Shown here: positions 10,648 to 20,662 of the stretch, piece by piece
How positions within the stretch are numbered: the stretch's first letter is position 1
Layout: each line of letters opens with the position of its first letter
NCBI GenBank assembly: GCA_963664405.1
Contig: OY761158.1
Span: forward strand, 96,001-160,000
Reading direction: 5' to 3'
DNA from: Thermoanaerobaculia bacterium
GTDB taxonomy: Bacteria; Acidobacteriota; Thermoanaerobaculia; Multivoradales; Multivoraceae
DNA: 64,000 nucleotides
Position numbers and translations under genes: made by a program
The notes under the pieces: model-generated
The model's input: only the letters and a program-made list of their open reading frames with translations
The model's database searches: none
What the model was told of the DNA's origin: nothing

Positions 10648-12705
10648 CTAGAGTAGGGGTGCGATCACCAGTGCTACCACCGACATGAGCTTGATCAAGA
10701 TGTTGATGCTCGGCCCGGCGGTGTCCTTGAAAGGATCGCCGACGGTGTCGCCAACGACGGCCGCCTTGTGAGCATCAGAGCCCTTGCCGCCGTATTCTCC
10801 GCTCTCAATGTACTTCTTGGCGTTATCCCACGCGCCACCGGCGTTGGCCATGAAGATGGCCATCAAGACGCCTGACACGGTGACTCCGGCGAGCAGTCCT
10901 CCGAGCGCCTCTACATCGTAGAAGCCCACGATGATCGGCGCGGCGATCGCGAGAACGCCGGGTAAGCGCATCTCGCGAATCGCTGCTGCCGTCGAAATAT
11001 CCACGCAGCGAGCAAAGTCGGCCGTGGCCGTGCCTTCCATCAGGCCCGGAATCTCGCGGAACTGGCGCCGCACCTCTTCGATCATCTCGAACGCCGCTCG
11101 TCCCACCGCCTTCATCGCCATCGACGAGAAGAGAAACGGAAGCATCGCGCCAATGAAGAGCCCTCCCATGACCTTGGGACTCGCAAGATCCATGACCTCG
11201 AGCCCTACCGTGGTGCGGAACGCAGCGAAGAGGGTCAGCGCGGTGAGCGCCGCAGAAGCGATAGCGAACCCCTTGCCAATGGCGGCGGTCGTGTTGCCGA
11301 CCGCATCGAGCTTGTCCGTTCGATCGCGGACATCGGAGCCGAGCGCCGCCATCTCGGCGATACCGCCCGCATTATCTGCGATCGGACCGTAGGCATCGAC
11401 CGCCAGCTGAATACCGGTCGTGGACAGCATCCCGAGTGCGGCAATGGCGATGCCGTAGAGTCCGGCCTGCCAATGGGCTACGAGGGTGACAGCCACCAGC
11501 ACCAGGGTCGGCAGGGCTGTCGAGCGCATGCCGACAGCGAGGCCGGCGATGATGTTCGTCGCCGCTCCTGTTTGACTATCCTTAGCGATGCCTCGAGCCG
11601 GCTTCGCAGCCTCGGAGGTGTAGTGCTCGGTGATCTTGCCGATTGCAACTCCCCCGACCAGCCCCCCGACAGTCGCCCAGAATATTCCGTTGGCGTCGAA
11701 CTGGCTGCCGGCGAGCTCATAGCTGCCCTCGAGCCGCCACTGGGCCACGAAGTAGGTCGCGACCAGCATCGCTCCCGAGGCGGCAAAGGTCCCCGTGTCC
11801 AGCGCTCTCTGCGGGTTCCCTCCTTCTTTGGTCCGCACCAGAAACGTGCCCCCCAGAGAGATGACGATACCGAGGCCGGCAAGCAGCATCGGCAGCAACA
11901 CGAGAGCAGGCGCCGAGCCACCGCCGGTGACCGCTACTGCGTTGGCGCCGAGTACCATGGTACCCACGATCGCGCCGACATAGGACTCGAAGAGGTCCGC
12001 GCCCATGCCCGCGACGTCCCCGACATTGTCACCGACGTTGTCGGCGATAACCGCCGGGTTCCGCGGATCGTCCTCGGGAATGCCGGCTTCGACTTTACCC
12101 ACGAGATCGGCTCCCACGTCCGCCGCCTTGGTGTAGATCCCGCCGCCGACGCGCGCAAAAAGGGCGATCGAGCTGGCGCCGAAGGAAAAGCCCACTAGGA
12201 CTGTGACGATCTTGACCATGCTGCCGTCGCCCTCAAACAGGCTGCTATAGAGCATGAAGAGCAATGACAGGCCCAGGATCCCGAGCCCGACCACGCTGAA
12301 GCCCATCACCGAGCCGCCGGCAAAGGCGACGCCGAGTGCTTTGTTCAGGCTACTGCGGGCGGCTGCGGCCGTTCTGACGTTGGCCGCGGTCGCTACCCGC
12401 ATGCCGACGAAGCCCGCCAGCGCGGAGCATACGGCGCCGGCGACGATCGAGAGTCCGATCAGCGGCGAGCTGTATTCCTGGCCACGACTTGCGAAAGCAA
12501 GCAGCGCGGCCACGACGATGACAAAAGGACCGAGAACCCGGTATTCACGACTCAGGAAAGCCATCGCACCGTCTCGGATGTGACCGGCAATCTCCCTCAT
12601 ACGCTCGTTACCGGCGTCCTGCTTCTGGATCCAAGAAGCCTTGACGAAGGCAAAGACCAGAGCTATCACTCCTGTGAGCGGTAGCCAAATTACTAGAGTG
12701 TCCAC
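10648..12705 (-). CDS. hppA: Membrane-bound pyrophosphatase, K+-dependent, probably Na+-translocating
   Basis: [43 protein letters not shown] (Ala marks K+ dependence), [10 protein letters not shown]. Confidence 0.95.
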   Translation of the reverse strand: MDTLVIWLPLTGVIALVFAFVKASWIQKQDAGNERMREIAGHIRDGAMAFLSREYRVLGPFVIVVAALLAFASRGQEYSSPLIGLSIVAGAVCSALAGFVGMRVATAANVRTAAAARSSLNKALGVAFAGGSVMGFSVVGLGILGLSLLFMLYSSLFEGDGSMVKIVTVLVGFSFGASSIALFARVGGGIYTKAADVGADLVGKVEAGIPEDDPRNPAVIADNVGDNVGDVAGMGADLFESYVGAIVGTMVLGANAVAVTGGGSAPALVLLPMLLAGLGIVISLGGTFLVRTKEGGNPQRALDTGTFAASGAMLVATYFVAQWRLEGSYELAGSQFDANGIFWATVGGLVGGVAIGKITEHYTSEAAKPARGIAKDSQTGAATNIIAGLAVGMRSTALPTLVLVAVTLVAHWQAGLYGIAIAALGMLSTTGIQLAVDAYGPIADNAGGIAEMAALGSDVRDRTDKLDAVGNTTAAIGKGFAIASAALTALTLFAAFRTTVGLEVMDLASPKVMGGLFIGAMLPFLFSSMAMKAVGRAAFEMIEEVRRQFREIPGLMEGTATADFARCVDISTAAAIREMRLPGVLAIAAPIIVGFYDVEALGGLLAGVTVSGVLMAIFMANAGGAWDNAKKYIESGEYGGKGSDAHKAAVVGDTVGDPFKDTAGPSINILIKLMSVVALVIAPLL

Positions 12706-12706
12706 C

Positions 12707-13342
12707 TCACTTCTCCTCTTCTACAGAAACCCCGGCCTCATCGGAGAGTCCGGGAGCGGGTCCATTAAATCGATTCATCGCCGCCTCTACTCCCTCCGCG
12801 AGCCACAGCTCACATGCGTCGGCGGCCCGCTCGAGTTGCTCCCTGGCCACGTCTTCCTCTTGTGAAGAAAAGCCAGAGAGTACGAAGTCGACCAGATCGA
12901 TATCTACTTCCAAGCCGTCCACGGGAGCAATACCGAGACGCAAACGCGGGACCTGATCAGTGCCAAGGCATTCGAGTATCGAGGCCATCCCCTTCTGCCC
13001 ACCGGGACCACCCCGCTTTCGCAGCCGCAGCCAGCCGAGCGGCAACGAGACGTCGTCATAGACGACAAGAATGCGCTGCGGCTCCAATTCCCTTCTCTCC
13101 ATCAGGCACCGCGCCGCGTACCCACTGCGGTTCATGAATGTGTCGGGGGCACCGAGAACGACCTCGTCGCAGACGGCAAGACGGGTACTACACTCCATTG
13201 AAGACAACTCAGCTCCTCGCCGTCGCGCTAGCTCCTCGACCACATCTCTGCCGCGATTGTGCCGAGTCGCCACGTACTCGGGTCCGGGATTGCCCAGACC
13301 CAAGACAAGGCTCTTCGCGACCGAGTTATCGACCGCCGACAC
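12707..13342 (-). CDS. pth: Peptidyl-tRNA hydrolase
   Basis: [35 protein letters not shown]. Confidence 0.95.
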   Translation of the reverse strand: MSAVDNSVAKSLVLGLGNPGPEYVATRHNRGRDVVEELARRRGAELSSMECSTRLAVCDEVVLGAPDTFMNRSGYAARCLMERRELEPQRILVVYDDVSLPLGWLRLRKRGGPGGQKGMASILECLGTDQVPRLRLGIAPVDGLEVDIDLVDFVLSGFSSQEEDVAREQLERAADACELWLAEGVEAAMNRFNGPAPGLSDEAGVSVEEEK

Positions 13343-13378
13343 CAGTCGCCCCTTCTAAGACGCGCACAGAGACGCCGG

Positions 13379-14068
13379 TCAGTCCGACTCGTCCTTGGCG
13401 TCGCCGTCCTCCTCCTTGCCTCGGCCGATGACCTCGGGCTCTTCCTGCCCGGGCTCGAGCAGAAGTTCTTCTTCCTCTTCTTCCTCTTCTTCTTCGGCGG
13501 CAGCTCGAGGAATGATGATCGTGAGAATCACTCGTTCCGGCTCATCGAGGAGATCGACGCCCTCCGGCAGCGATATCTGCCCAGCCTCAGCATGGTCGCC
13601 AACATGAAGCTCGGTGACGTCAAGCTCGAGATGGTCCGGAATCTGGCCCGGTAAGCACTCGACCTCCACCTCTCGGTTGATGAAGTCGAGCATGGCCCCT
13701 TCATTCTTGACACCCTCAGAGACCCCGATGATCTCGACCGGTATCCTGACTTTCACCTTCTCGGCCAGATCGATGCGCTGAAAGTCGATGTGGAGGATGT
13801 GACGGTCAATCGAATCGACCTGCATCTCGCGGATCATCGTATGCCGCTGTTCTTTGCCACCAGCCAGCTTGAGAAGAAAGACGGTGTTCTCTCCCGAGCC
13901 TTGGCTCAGTAGAGTCATGATCTCTTTGCGATCTACCTGGATCGGCACAGTGTCACTCTTCATTCCATAGACCACCGCGGGCACCTTGCCCAGGGCGCGA
14001 AGTCTTCGGTTGGCGTTCTTACCCTTCGCTTCGCGGGACTGCACTTCGATTGCAAGCTCTCCGGCCAT
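13379..14068 (-). CDS. rplY: 50S ribosomal protein L25 / CTC
   Basis: GKNANRRLR, VPAVVYG, ILHIDFQR, acidic tail. Confidence 0.96.
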   Translation of the reverse strand: MAGELAIEVQSREAKGKNANRRLRALGKVPAVVYGMKSDTVPIQVDRKEIMTLLSQGSGENTVFLLKLAGGKEQRHTMIREMQVDSIDRHILHIDFQRIDLAEKVKVRIPVEIIGVSEGVKNEGAMLDFINREVEVECLPGQIPDHLELDVTELHVGDHAEAGQISLPEGVDLLDEPERVILTIIIPRAAAEEEEEEEEEELLLEPGQEEPEVIGRGKEEDGDAKDESD

Positions 14069-14100
14069 AATCGATTTCCTTCCTTAGATCTCTTCTTTTA

Positions 14101-15042
14101 TTACACAAATAGCGCGGTGACCGAGCTGTTGTCGTGAATTCTGCGGATCGCCTCCCCGAGTATCGGGGCGACAGTCAGCGCGCTCAATTTGTCGGATTTC
14201 TCGAGCTTCTCCTCGACTGGCGTCGTGTTGGTCAGGAGCACCCGCTCGAGGGCAGAGTCATCAATACGAGAGATAGCGGGCCCAGACAAGATGCCGTGAA
14301 CGCCAGCGGCGAAGATGCGTCCCGCACCCTGCTCATCCAGTGCTTCAACGGTCTTTACTATGGTACCAGCAGTGTCGATGATGTCATCCACAATCAGAAC
14401 GTCGCGGCCTTTGACGTCGCCGATCACATTCATCACTTCCGCCTCGTTGGTCGCGACACGACGCTTATCGACGATCGCCAAATCCACATCAAGACGCTTT
14501 GCAATAGCTCGCGCCCGCGCCACTCCACCAGCATCGGGACTGACGATGATCAGATCCGGGATGTCCATGTCGCGGATGGCGTCGAGCAGCACCGGCGCGG
14601 CAAAGAGATGGTCGACCGGCATATCGAAGAAACCGGCGACCTGAGCAGCATGAAGATCCATGGTGAGCACGCGATCGGCACCGGCCTTGGCAATCAAGTC
14701 CGCCACCAGCTTTGCGGTTACGGGCACCCGTGGCTTGTCCTTCTTGTCTTGGCGACCGTAGCCGTAGTAAGGAACGACTGCGGTAATACGAGTAGCCGAC
14801 GAGCGCTTGAAGGCATCGATCATCACCAGCAGCTCGACCAGATTGTTGTTCACCGGCGGGCAGGTGGGCTGGATGACGAAAACATCGACGCCCCGCACAT
14901 TCTCGTCTACTTGGAAGAAGATCTCTCCGTCCGAGAAATCAAAGCAAACCAACTGACCGACAGGCAGGTTGAGGTACTCACAGATCTCGGCCGTGAGCGT
15001 GGGGTGGGCGCGGCCGCCGAAGATTTTCAAGGCTCCGTACAT
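14101..15042 (-). CDS. prs: Ribose-phosphate pyrophosphokinase
   Basis: FSDGE, PYYGYGRQD, VSPDAGG, VDDIIDTAGT. Confidence 0.98.
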   Translation of the reverse strand: MYGALKIFGGRAHPTLTAEICEYLNLPVGQLVCFDFSDGEIFFQVDENVRGVDVFVIQPTCPPVNNNLVELLVMIDAFKRSSATRITAVVPYYGYGRQDKKDKPRVPVTAKLVADLIAKAGADRVLTMDLHAAQVAGFFDMPVDHLFAAPVLLDAIRDMDIPDLIIVSPDAGGVARARAIAKRLDVDLAIVDKRRVATNEAEVMNVIGDVKGRDVLIVDDIIDTAGTIVKTVEALDEQGAGRIFAAGVHGILSGPAISRIDDSALERVLLTNTTPVEEKLEKSDKLSALTVAPILGEAIRRIHDNSSVTALFV

Positions 15043-15137
15043 TTGATCGATCCGAGCGGGCGAGGCGCTTCTGTCAAGAAGTATTGCTAGAGAACCGGGA
15101 AGGAGATCGGAGGAAGGGGGAGGTTCGGTCTAGGAAG

Positions 15138-15209
15138 CTGGGGCGGGAGGATTCGAACCTCCGATCGCGAGAACCAAAATCTCGTGCCTTACCACTTGGC
15201 CACGCCCCA
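15138..15209 (-). tRNA. tRNA-Gln (TTG); CCA not encoded
   Basis: TGGGGCGTGGCCAAGTGGTAAGGCA-CGAGA TTTTGGT TCTCG-CGATCGGAGGTTCGAATCCTCCCGCCCCAG cloverleaf; usual position upstream of prs. Confidence 0.96.
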
Positions 15210-15285
15210 AAGCGCGAAGTGAGACTCCACTGTGCCGGTGACCCGACCCCGATGGAGCGTGTGCCCGCGGAGTCTAGCTAGAACA

Positions 15286-15729
15286 CTAGCCCACTGTCCA
15301 GAAGGAGTCACTCAAATGCTGCTCTTGCACCTCGTCAAGACTCTTTTCGCCGGCGTCGAGAAGAGGCGCCTCGGCCTCGAGCGCGGGCTCTTGCGCTACC
15401 GGCGCTTCTCGAGCCTGCGGGCGATCCGCTGGTGGCACCGGCGCGGTCTTGCGCGGTCGGCGCTCCACCGGTTTGCCGATCGTTCCTTCGTACTCACTAA
15501 GGATGCGATCCTCGATCATGCACCGGGTGTCGTTGTTGAGCGGGTGCGCGATGTCCTTGAAGTCACCATTTCTCTTCCGTCGCGAAGGCATGCTGATGAA
15601 GAGCCCATCGCGCCCCTGGATGACCTTGATGTCGTTGACCATGAAACAGCGATCAATCACAACCGACACGAAGGCGCGCAATTTCTCCTCGTGGACCGGG
15701 AAAACTTTGACCTCGGTGATCTCCATCAT
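15286..15729 (-). CDS. spoVG: SpoVG family nucleic-acid-binding protein with low-complexity C-terminal extension
   Basis: MEITEVKV, FMVNDIKVIQG, LFISMPSR, FKDIAHPLN. Confidence 0.92.
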   Translation of the reverse strand: MMEITEVKVFPVHEEKLRAFVSVVIDRCFMVNDIKVIQGRDGLFISMPSRRKRNGDFKDIAHPLNNDTRCMIEDRILSEYEGTIGKPVERRPRKTAPVPPADRPQAREAPVAQEPALEAEAPLLDAGEKSLDEVQEQHLSDSFWTVG

Positions 15730-15838
15730 CCTCCCCCTGCATCAGGCAATAATCGGCAGGACCCAACGAGAAGCTTGCCAGCCCCGTCTGCGCGCGACCG
15801 CCGATCCCGCTACATGCTAGGAGTCACGGACTTCACTG

Positions 15839-16585
15839 TCAATCGTCCCGAAGGTCCTCCCATGGAGCATCAGCGACGCCGCTCAACCACCCCAAATCGC
15901 AAGGCCCGTCCGGGTAGCTGGCCGGGTACTCGAGCGCGGCGAGAGAATCGGACCACTCCTCCCGGAGTGTCTCACGCCACTGCAGGCGAAGGCCGTCTTT
16001 CGGTGCCTCGAGAACGACCCACTCCTCTCCCTTTTCCCACTCCACCCGGCCGAGCTCGCTAGTCATGGTCCAAGCTTGCACGACACCTCCCTCGAGCCGC
16101 GTGCTCCACGCTCTCCCGCGCCCGTCGTCGTAGCGCAGCTCACCTCCCCGCGTCGGACTGGGCGCGCCCTCGGGCGGAAGCGGAAGATAACCGAGAAGCA
16201 TCGTCGGGATGCTCGAAAAAGGGAGAGGCCCGAGAGGAATCGCAACGATCTCGGCCTCTCCTTGATAACGGCAGTACCTCTTCTGTTGGTAATCGACCAG
16301 AAGAGCTTCACTGCCCTCGACATCCAGAGACCATAGACGCCGGTTGAACAGGGGGTGGGTCGCTCGAACTTGAAAGCGGGCCTTGTTCACGTAACGCAGC
16401 AGCAACCGGAAGCGGCCGCGGCCGTCCGGGCTCTGTAGCCGAGCCCGAAAGAGCCGCTGGGTGTGCTCCTCCGCAGCCGGAACCAACCACGGAGTTTGAG
16501 TGGATGCCCTCTGTCGCTGAAACGCCGTCGAGGAGGCGCAGCCTGCGAGAATCAGAAAGAGGGCGAGAAATCGCAGAGAGCCCAG
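15839..16585 (-). CDS. Lipoprotein, LolB/DUF4292-like; probable CTG start
   Basis: The frame stays open 33 codons upstream of the track's TTG 16486 and encodes a lipoprotein signal (RFLALFLILAGC); position after a TPR gene matches the TPR-lolB-ispE arrangement. Confidence 0.6.
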   Translation of the reverse strand: MGSLRFLALFLILAGCASSTAFQRQRASTQTPWLVPAAEEHTQRLFRARLQSPDGRGRFRLLLRYVNKARFQVRATHPLFNRRLWSLDVEGSEALLVDYQQKRYCRYQGEAEIVAIPLGPLPFSSIPTMLLGYLPLPPEGAPSPTRGGELRYDDGRGRAWSTRLEGGVVQAWTMTSELGRVEWEKGEEWVVLEAPKDGLRLQWRETLREEWSDSLAALEYPASYPDGPCDLGWLSGVADAPWEDLRDD

Positions 16586-16589
16586 GAGC

Positions 16590-18905
16590 CTACGATCCTC
16601 CCACCCTCAGCCGAGCCAACTTGCGGCGAATGCCCTCGACATTCTCGTCGTCGATGGCCAAGGCTCGGGTGTAGAGCTCTTTTGCCTTCTGTGGGATATC
16701 GAGGGCGACATAGACATCGCCCAGATGCTCGAGAATGGTGGCATCCTCGGACATCAGCTTCGCCGCCTTTTCCAGCAGCTCCCTGGCTTCGGCGTAACGC
16801 CCCATCTTGAAGAAGGCCCAGCCCAGTGAGTCGATATAGGCACCATTGTCGGGCTCCAGGTCCAGCGCCCTCTCGATCAGCTCGACAGCCTCTTCCAAGC
16901 TCTCACCCTGATCGGCCCACATGTATCCGAGATAGTTGAGAGTACGACCGTCTTCCGGATCGACGGCCAGCACGCGCTGAAATTCTGTCGTCGCATCGTT
17001 CCAGCGTCCCAACCGCTCATAGGCCATCCCGAGCGAAAAGTGAAGATCCACAAGCGCCAGCGAGTCCTCTGCCCCGCCTTCCCCCTCCAGCGCGCGCTCC
17101 AGGACGGGAACCATTGCTTCGAAACGCGAGTCCCGCTGGTAGTACTGGACCAGTAGGAGAGCCGGCTGCGCTTCGCCTTGCGCCGCCAGGCCATCCAACA
17201 GCGCTTGGGCCTCGCCGTCGCGATCGAGCTCTTCGAGAATCTCGGCACGTTTGAGCAACAGCCGCTGTTTGTCGAGCTCGCTTCCCTGGCCGAAAAGCTC
17301 GGCTTCGGCAGCGAGAGAGGCCAGGGCCCCTTCAGCGTTGTCTACCTCAACATAGCTATCGGCGCGGAGGAACAGGACCTCTCGGCGAAGCACCGGATCG
17401 AGATCGACCTCCTCGTCATCGAGAAGCTCCCCGAGTACGACAACGACTTCTTCGTGATTCTGCTGTCGGAGATGGAACTGGGCCACCGCGAGCAGCGCCG
17501 ACACCTCCCCACTCGCCATCACACGGTCGAGAATTCGAGCCGACTCCACCGTTTCGCCCAGATCGAGAAGAATCTCGGCACGTTTCAGAGTCAGCGGAGT
17601 GCTCTCCTCGACTTCGTCCTCGAAGCGGCGGAGCAGTTGGACCGCCTCCCTTGCGCGCTCCATTCTCTGCAGCGCCTCGGCGGCGAAGAGTGCTCCTTCC
17701 ACCCGCAGGCGCGGCGCGCTAGCCGCCATCAACCTCTCCGAGGCAGCGAGAAGATCGGACCATTCCTCGTGCCGACCGTGTAGTCGAGCCACCTCCAGCC
17801 AAACTCGATCCGCAACCCGGCCCTTACTCGCACCCGCGTTCAGCTCTTCGGCCAAGGACGAGAGCAAGTCGGCGGCCTCCACCACTTCGCCCTCTTGCTC
17901 CAGAAGCTCAGCGAGTCGCGTTACCACTCTGAGACGGAGATCCTCGGGCGCAACTTCGTTCAGGCTTCTCAGTACTTCGATCGCTTCGAGGCGGCGCGAC
18001 TCACCGGCAAGAATCTGCCCTCGGAGAAACAGGGCTTCGAGGTGAGTTGGCTGCTGGTCGAGGATCTCTTCGACAACGACGCTGGCTCTGGCCAGGTCCT
18101 CGAGCTGGGAGGCCCTGGTTGAACCTCCCGAAGCTGCCCTTCTGTATAACTCGACAGCCAGCAGGTAGTCAGTATCGCCGTCGTCCGATCGGTCGGGCGG
18201 AGCCCCTTCGAGAAGCTGCACCGCCTCGTTGTGCTGCCCGCGCGCGCTGAAAATTCGGGCAAGGGCGACCCGTCCTTCGACAAAGGTCGGGTCGAGCCGA
18301 AGAATCTCGGGCAGTACGACAAGAGCTCTTTCGTCGTCGCCGGAGCGCACCAGGGCCTGCAGTAGCATGCGGTGGATCCGAGGGTCATTGGGTCCATAGC
18401 CGCTGGCCTCTTCGGCCACGTCGAGTGCCGCGGAGGCGTCGCCCTCGTTGAGGTAGATCTGGGACAGAGTCAGCATCGAAGCCGTATCACTGGGATCAAT
18501 CCGCCGCAGACGCTCGAAGACAGTCTTGGCTACCGCCAGCGAGCGAGGGTCCCTAGATGCCAGATCGAGGCGAATGTGTCCCGCTAGGCGCAACGCATCG
18601 GTATTCTCCGGTGCAAGCTCCAGGGCACGGTCGGCCTCTTCCGTGGCCTGACGGCGGCGCCCGGTTCGACTGAGGAACTCAGCGTACTCCATCCGCAGAT
18701 AGGCATCCTCGGGCTCCAGATCAATCGCCTTCTTGAAGGACTGGATCGCCTCGGGATAGGAGCCCTCTGCAGCAAAGACTTTGGCGAGAGTGAAGTGAAA
18801 GGAAGCACTCTCTCGAGCGACCCCGACACTGACCCCCAGAAGCAGCGCGAAGAAACTTAAAACACCGATGCGAACGGTACTTCTCACCGGCGTAGAGCCT
18901 ACCAC
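16590..18905 (-). CDS. Exported multi-TPR protein
   Basis: Signal peptide, many TPRs, conserved C-terminal LNYLGYMWAD...PDNGAYIDSLGWAFFK...ILEHLGDVY; exact start uncertain. Confidence 0.9.
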   Translation of the reverse strand: MVGSTPVRSTVRIGVLSFFALLLGVSVGVARESASFHFTLAKVFAAEGSYPEAIQSFKKAIDLEPEDAYLRMEYAEFLSRTGRRRQATEEADRALELAPENTDALRLAGHIRLDLASRDPRSLAVAKTVFERLRRIDPSDTASMLTLSQIYLNEGDASAALDVAEEASGYGPNDPRIHRMLLQALVRSGDDERALVVLPEILRLDPTFVEGRVALARIFSARGQHNEAVQLLEGAPPDRSDDGDTDYLLAVELYRRAASGGSTRASQLEDLARASVVVEEILDQQPTHLEALFLRGQILAGESRRLEAIEVLRSLNEVAPEDLRLRVVTRLAELLEQEGEVVEAADLLSSLAEELNAGASKGRVADRVWLEVARLHGRHEEWSDLLAASERLMAASAPRLRVEGALFAAEALQRMERAREAVQLLRRFEDEVEESTPLTLKRAEILLDLGETVESARILDRVMASGEVSALLAVAQFHLRQQNHEEVVVVLGELLDDEEVDLDPVLRREVLFLRADSYVEVDNAEGALASLAAEAELFGQGSELDKQRLLLKRAEILEELDRDGEAQALLDGLAAQGEAQPALLLVQYYQRDSRFEAMVPVLERALEGEGGAEDSLALVDLHFSLGMAYERLGRWNDATTEFQRVLAVDPEDGRTLNYLGYMWADQGESLEEAVELIERALDLEPDNGAYIDSLGWAFFKMGRYAEARELLEKAAKLMSEDATILEHLGDVYVALDIPQKAKELYTRALAIDDENVEGIRRKLARLRVGGS

Positions 18906-19116
18906 GCAGCCACCGACGACGACAACGAGATCGATCCGGTTTCGACCCCTACGAGATCGCCCTAAGCCCTTTTTTACTAGCTACTTAGGCCGCAGACCCG
19001 TAATGCGGACCGGGGCGACGCACCCCCTACGGCTCAGCCCTCCCCCACCCGGCGGCCCCTCCTGTCAACGCTTTTCGATGCCGCCTAAAGCGTAGAGGGT
19101 GCGAGGCTTAGGTCCG

Positions 19117-19146
19117 TTGACACTCGATCTCTGGCACTGCTACACT
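19117..19146 (+). promoter_or_regulatory. Sigma70-type promoter of the HU/IHF gene
   Basis: TTGACA (19117-19122), 18 bp spacer ending in TGC, TACACT (19141-19146), 21 bp before TTG 19168. Confidence 0.7.
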
Positions 19147-19167
19147 CCCGCCGCTCGGAGCCCATTC

Positions 19168-19434
19168 TTGATCAAAGCTGATATCGTCAATCGCGTGGCG
19201 GAGGCGTCTCGTGTGTCGCGCGTCAAAGCTGCGATTGCCGTCGACACGGTGATCGATGGCATCAAAGACGCTCTGCGCCAGGGAAAACGAATCGAGCTCC
19301 GGGGCTTCGGAGTGTTCCAGGTTCGAGACCGAAAAAGCGGCGTTGGCCGCAACCCCAAGACCGGAGTCGAGGTAGAGATCGCACCCGGCAAGACCGTTCG
19401 CTTCAAGCCCGGCAAGGAGCTTCGGGACCTCTGA
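19168..19434 (+). CDS. HU/IHF family DNA-binding protein
   Basis: MIKADIV...IELRGFGVF...GRNPKTG...VRFKPGKELR; TTG start 19168. Confidence 0.95.
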   Translation: MIKADIVNRVAEASRVSRVKAAIAVDTVIDGIKDALRQGKRIELRGFGVFQVRDRKSGVGRNPKTGVEVEIAPGKTVRFKPGKELRDL

Positions 19435-19487
19435 ACGGGCGCGAGGCCACCCCCGCTTCCGTCGACGGGGGGCTGCCGCGGCACAAC

Positions 19488-20621
19488 TTGCTTGGCCCGC
19501 CGGAGCGGCTGCGGGTTGGCGCAGCCGACCGGCAGCCTGTCCAAAGTCCGACGCGCTACCGTCTCGCGCTGGTGCTCCTGCTTCTGACGCTGTTCACGAC
19601 GACGACTCTCGGCGGCATCGTCTATAGGGGCAGTCGAACCGACACTACGACGGAGCTTTCTCCCATCCTCTCGCCGCAAACGGTGTCGAGGGTCTGGAGT
19701 GACACGGAGCTCGTGGGGCTGGGCCTGTGTTTCTCGCTGCCGCTGCTGATCATTCTGCTCAGCCACGAGCTCGGCCACTATCTTGCCTGTCGCTACTATG
19801 GTATCGCCGCCACGGTCCCCTATTTCCTGCCGGCTCCCTTTTTCATTGGCACTTTCGGGGCTTTCATTCGTATCCGCGGCCGGATCACGAACAAGACCCA
19901 CCTCTTCGACGTCGGAATTGCGGGGCCCCTCGCGGGCTTCGTCGCCCTGCTTCCGTTTCTTGTTCTCGGCATTGCCTGGTCCGAGCCTGGCTTGATTCAC
20001 CCTGCCGCCGGAGCCGCTACGGCCGACGCTCTCCTCTACAAGCCGGGAAGCAACCTCGCCTTTCTCGGCCTCGGCTTAGTCATGCACGGAAATCTCCCGG
20101 ACAACGGTGTCCTCGACCTTCATCCCTTTGCCCTCGCTGCCTGGGTGGGCCTCCTTGCTACCAGCCTAAACCTCCTCCCCCTCGGTCAACTGGATGGGGG
20201 CCATCTCCTCTATGCGAGCGCGAGCCGGCTTCATCGTCGTGCAGGCTGGCCGATATGGCTTGCTCTCTGCGGGTTGGGCGTGATGTGGAACGGTTGGTTC
20301 TTGTGGTGCTTGTTGGTCCTGATAATCGGACTCCGTCATCCGCCGGTTGCCGAGGATAGTGCGCCCCTCGCCGCTTCCCGACGCCCCCTCGCCGGATTGG
20401 CGCTCGTCATCTTCATTCTCTCGTTCACTCCTCAGCCTCTGTCCGTGGTTTTCGTTCGCGACCCCCCGGGACTCCTGGTCGAGGTGGCGACCGAGCTAGT
20501 GTCCTGTACCCGTAGTTCGTCCCACAACTCGCTGGCCCTTTTGCGCGCTGCCGTCGTTGCGCCTCCTCGCAATATTGCCCAATATGCCTTCGTCGTAGCG
20601 CCTTGGCAGCACCCAAAATGA
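19488..20621 (+). CDS. Site-2 protease (M50) family membrane metalloprotease; C-terminus derived from an inserted repeat
   Basis: HELGH, GIAGPLAG, NLLPLGQLDGGH; about the last 40 codons lie within the repeat at 20496-20662. Confidence 0.9.
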   Translation: MLGPPERLRVGAADRQPVQSPTRYRLALVLLLLTLFTTTTLGGIVYRGSRTDTTTELSPILSPQTVSRVWSDTELVGLGLCFSLPLLIILLSHELGHYLACRYYGIAATVPYFLPAPFFIGTFGAFIRIRGRITNKTHLFDVGIAGPLAGFVALLPFLVLGIAWSEPGLIHPAAGAATADALLYKPGSNLAFLGLGLVMHGNLPDNGVLDLHPFALAAWVGLLATSLNLLPLGQLDGGHLLYASASRLHRRAGWPIWLALCGLGVMWNGWFLWCLLVLIIGLRHPPVAEDSAPLAASRRPLAGLALVIFILSFTPQPLSVVFVRDPPGLLVEVATELVSCTRSSSHNSLALLRAAVVAPPRNIAQYAFVVAPWQHPK

Positions 20622-20662
20622 CTGCGCGATTTATGCAACGAACCACTGATACAGGACACTGG
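20496..20662. mobile_element. MITE/ERIC-like fold-back element, subfamily A, copy A1 (167 bp)
   Basis: CTAGTGTCCTGTA...TACAGGACACTGG terminal inverted repeats; near-identical to 30792-30958; central ATATTG-CC-CAATAT. Confidence 0.85.

Noticed and set aside
13465-13496. TTC/CTC trinucleotide run
   Set aside because: It encodes the ordinary poly-Glu tail of ribosomal protein L25.
19063-19068. Minus-strand TTGACA as a promoter for the TPR operon (similarly 15072-15077 before prs)
   Set aside because: No credible -10 hexamer at 16-18 bp spacing.
20425-20659. Short ORFs over the fold-back elements (also 30593..30964, 21325..21864, 39383..39625)
   Set aside because: They are translations of the repeat itself, recurring at each copy, with no ribosome-binding site or family motifs.
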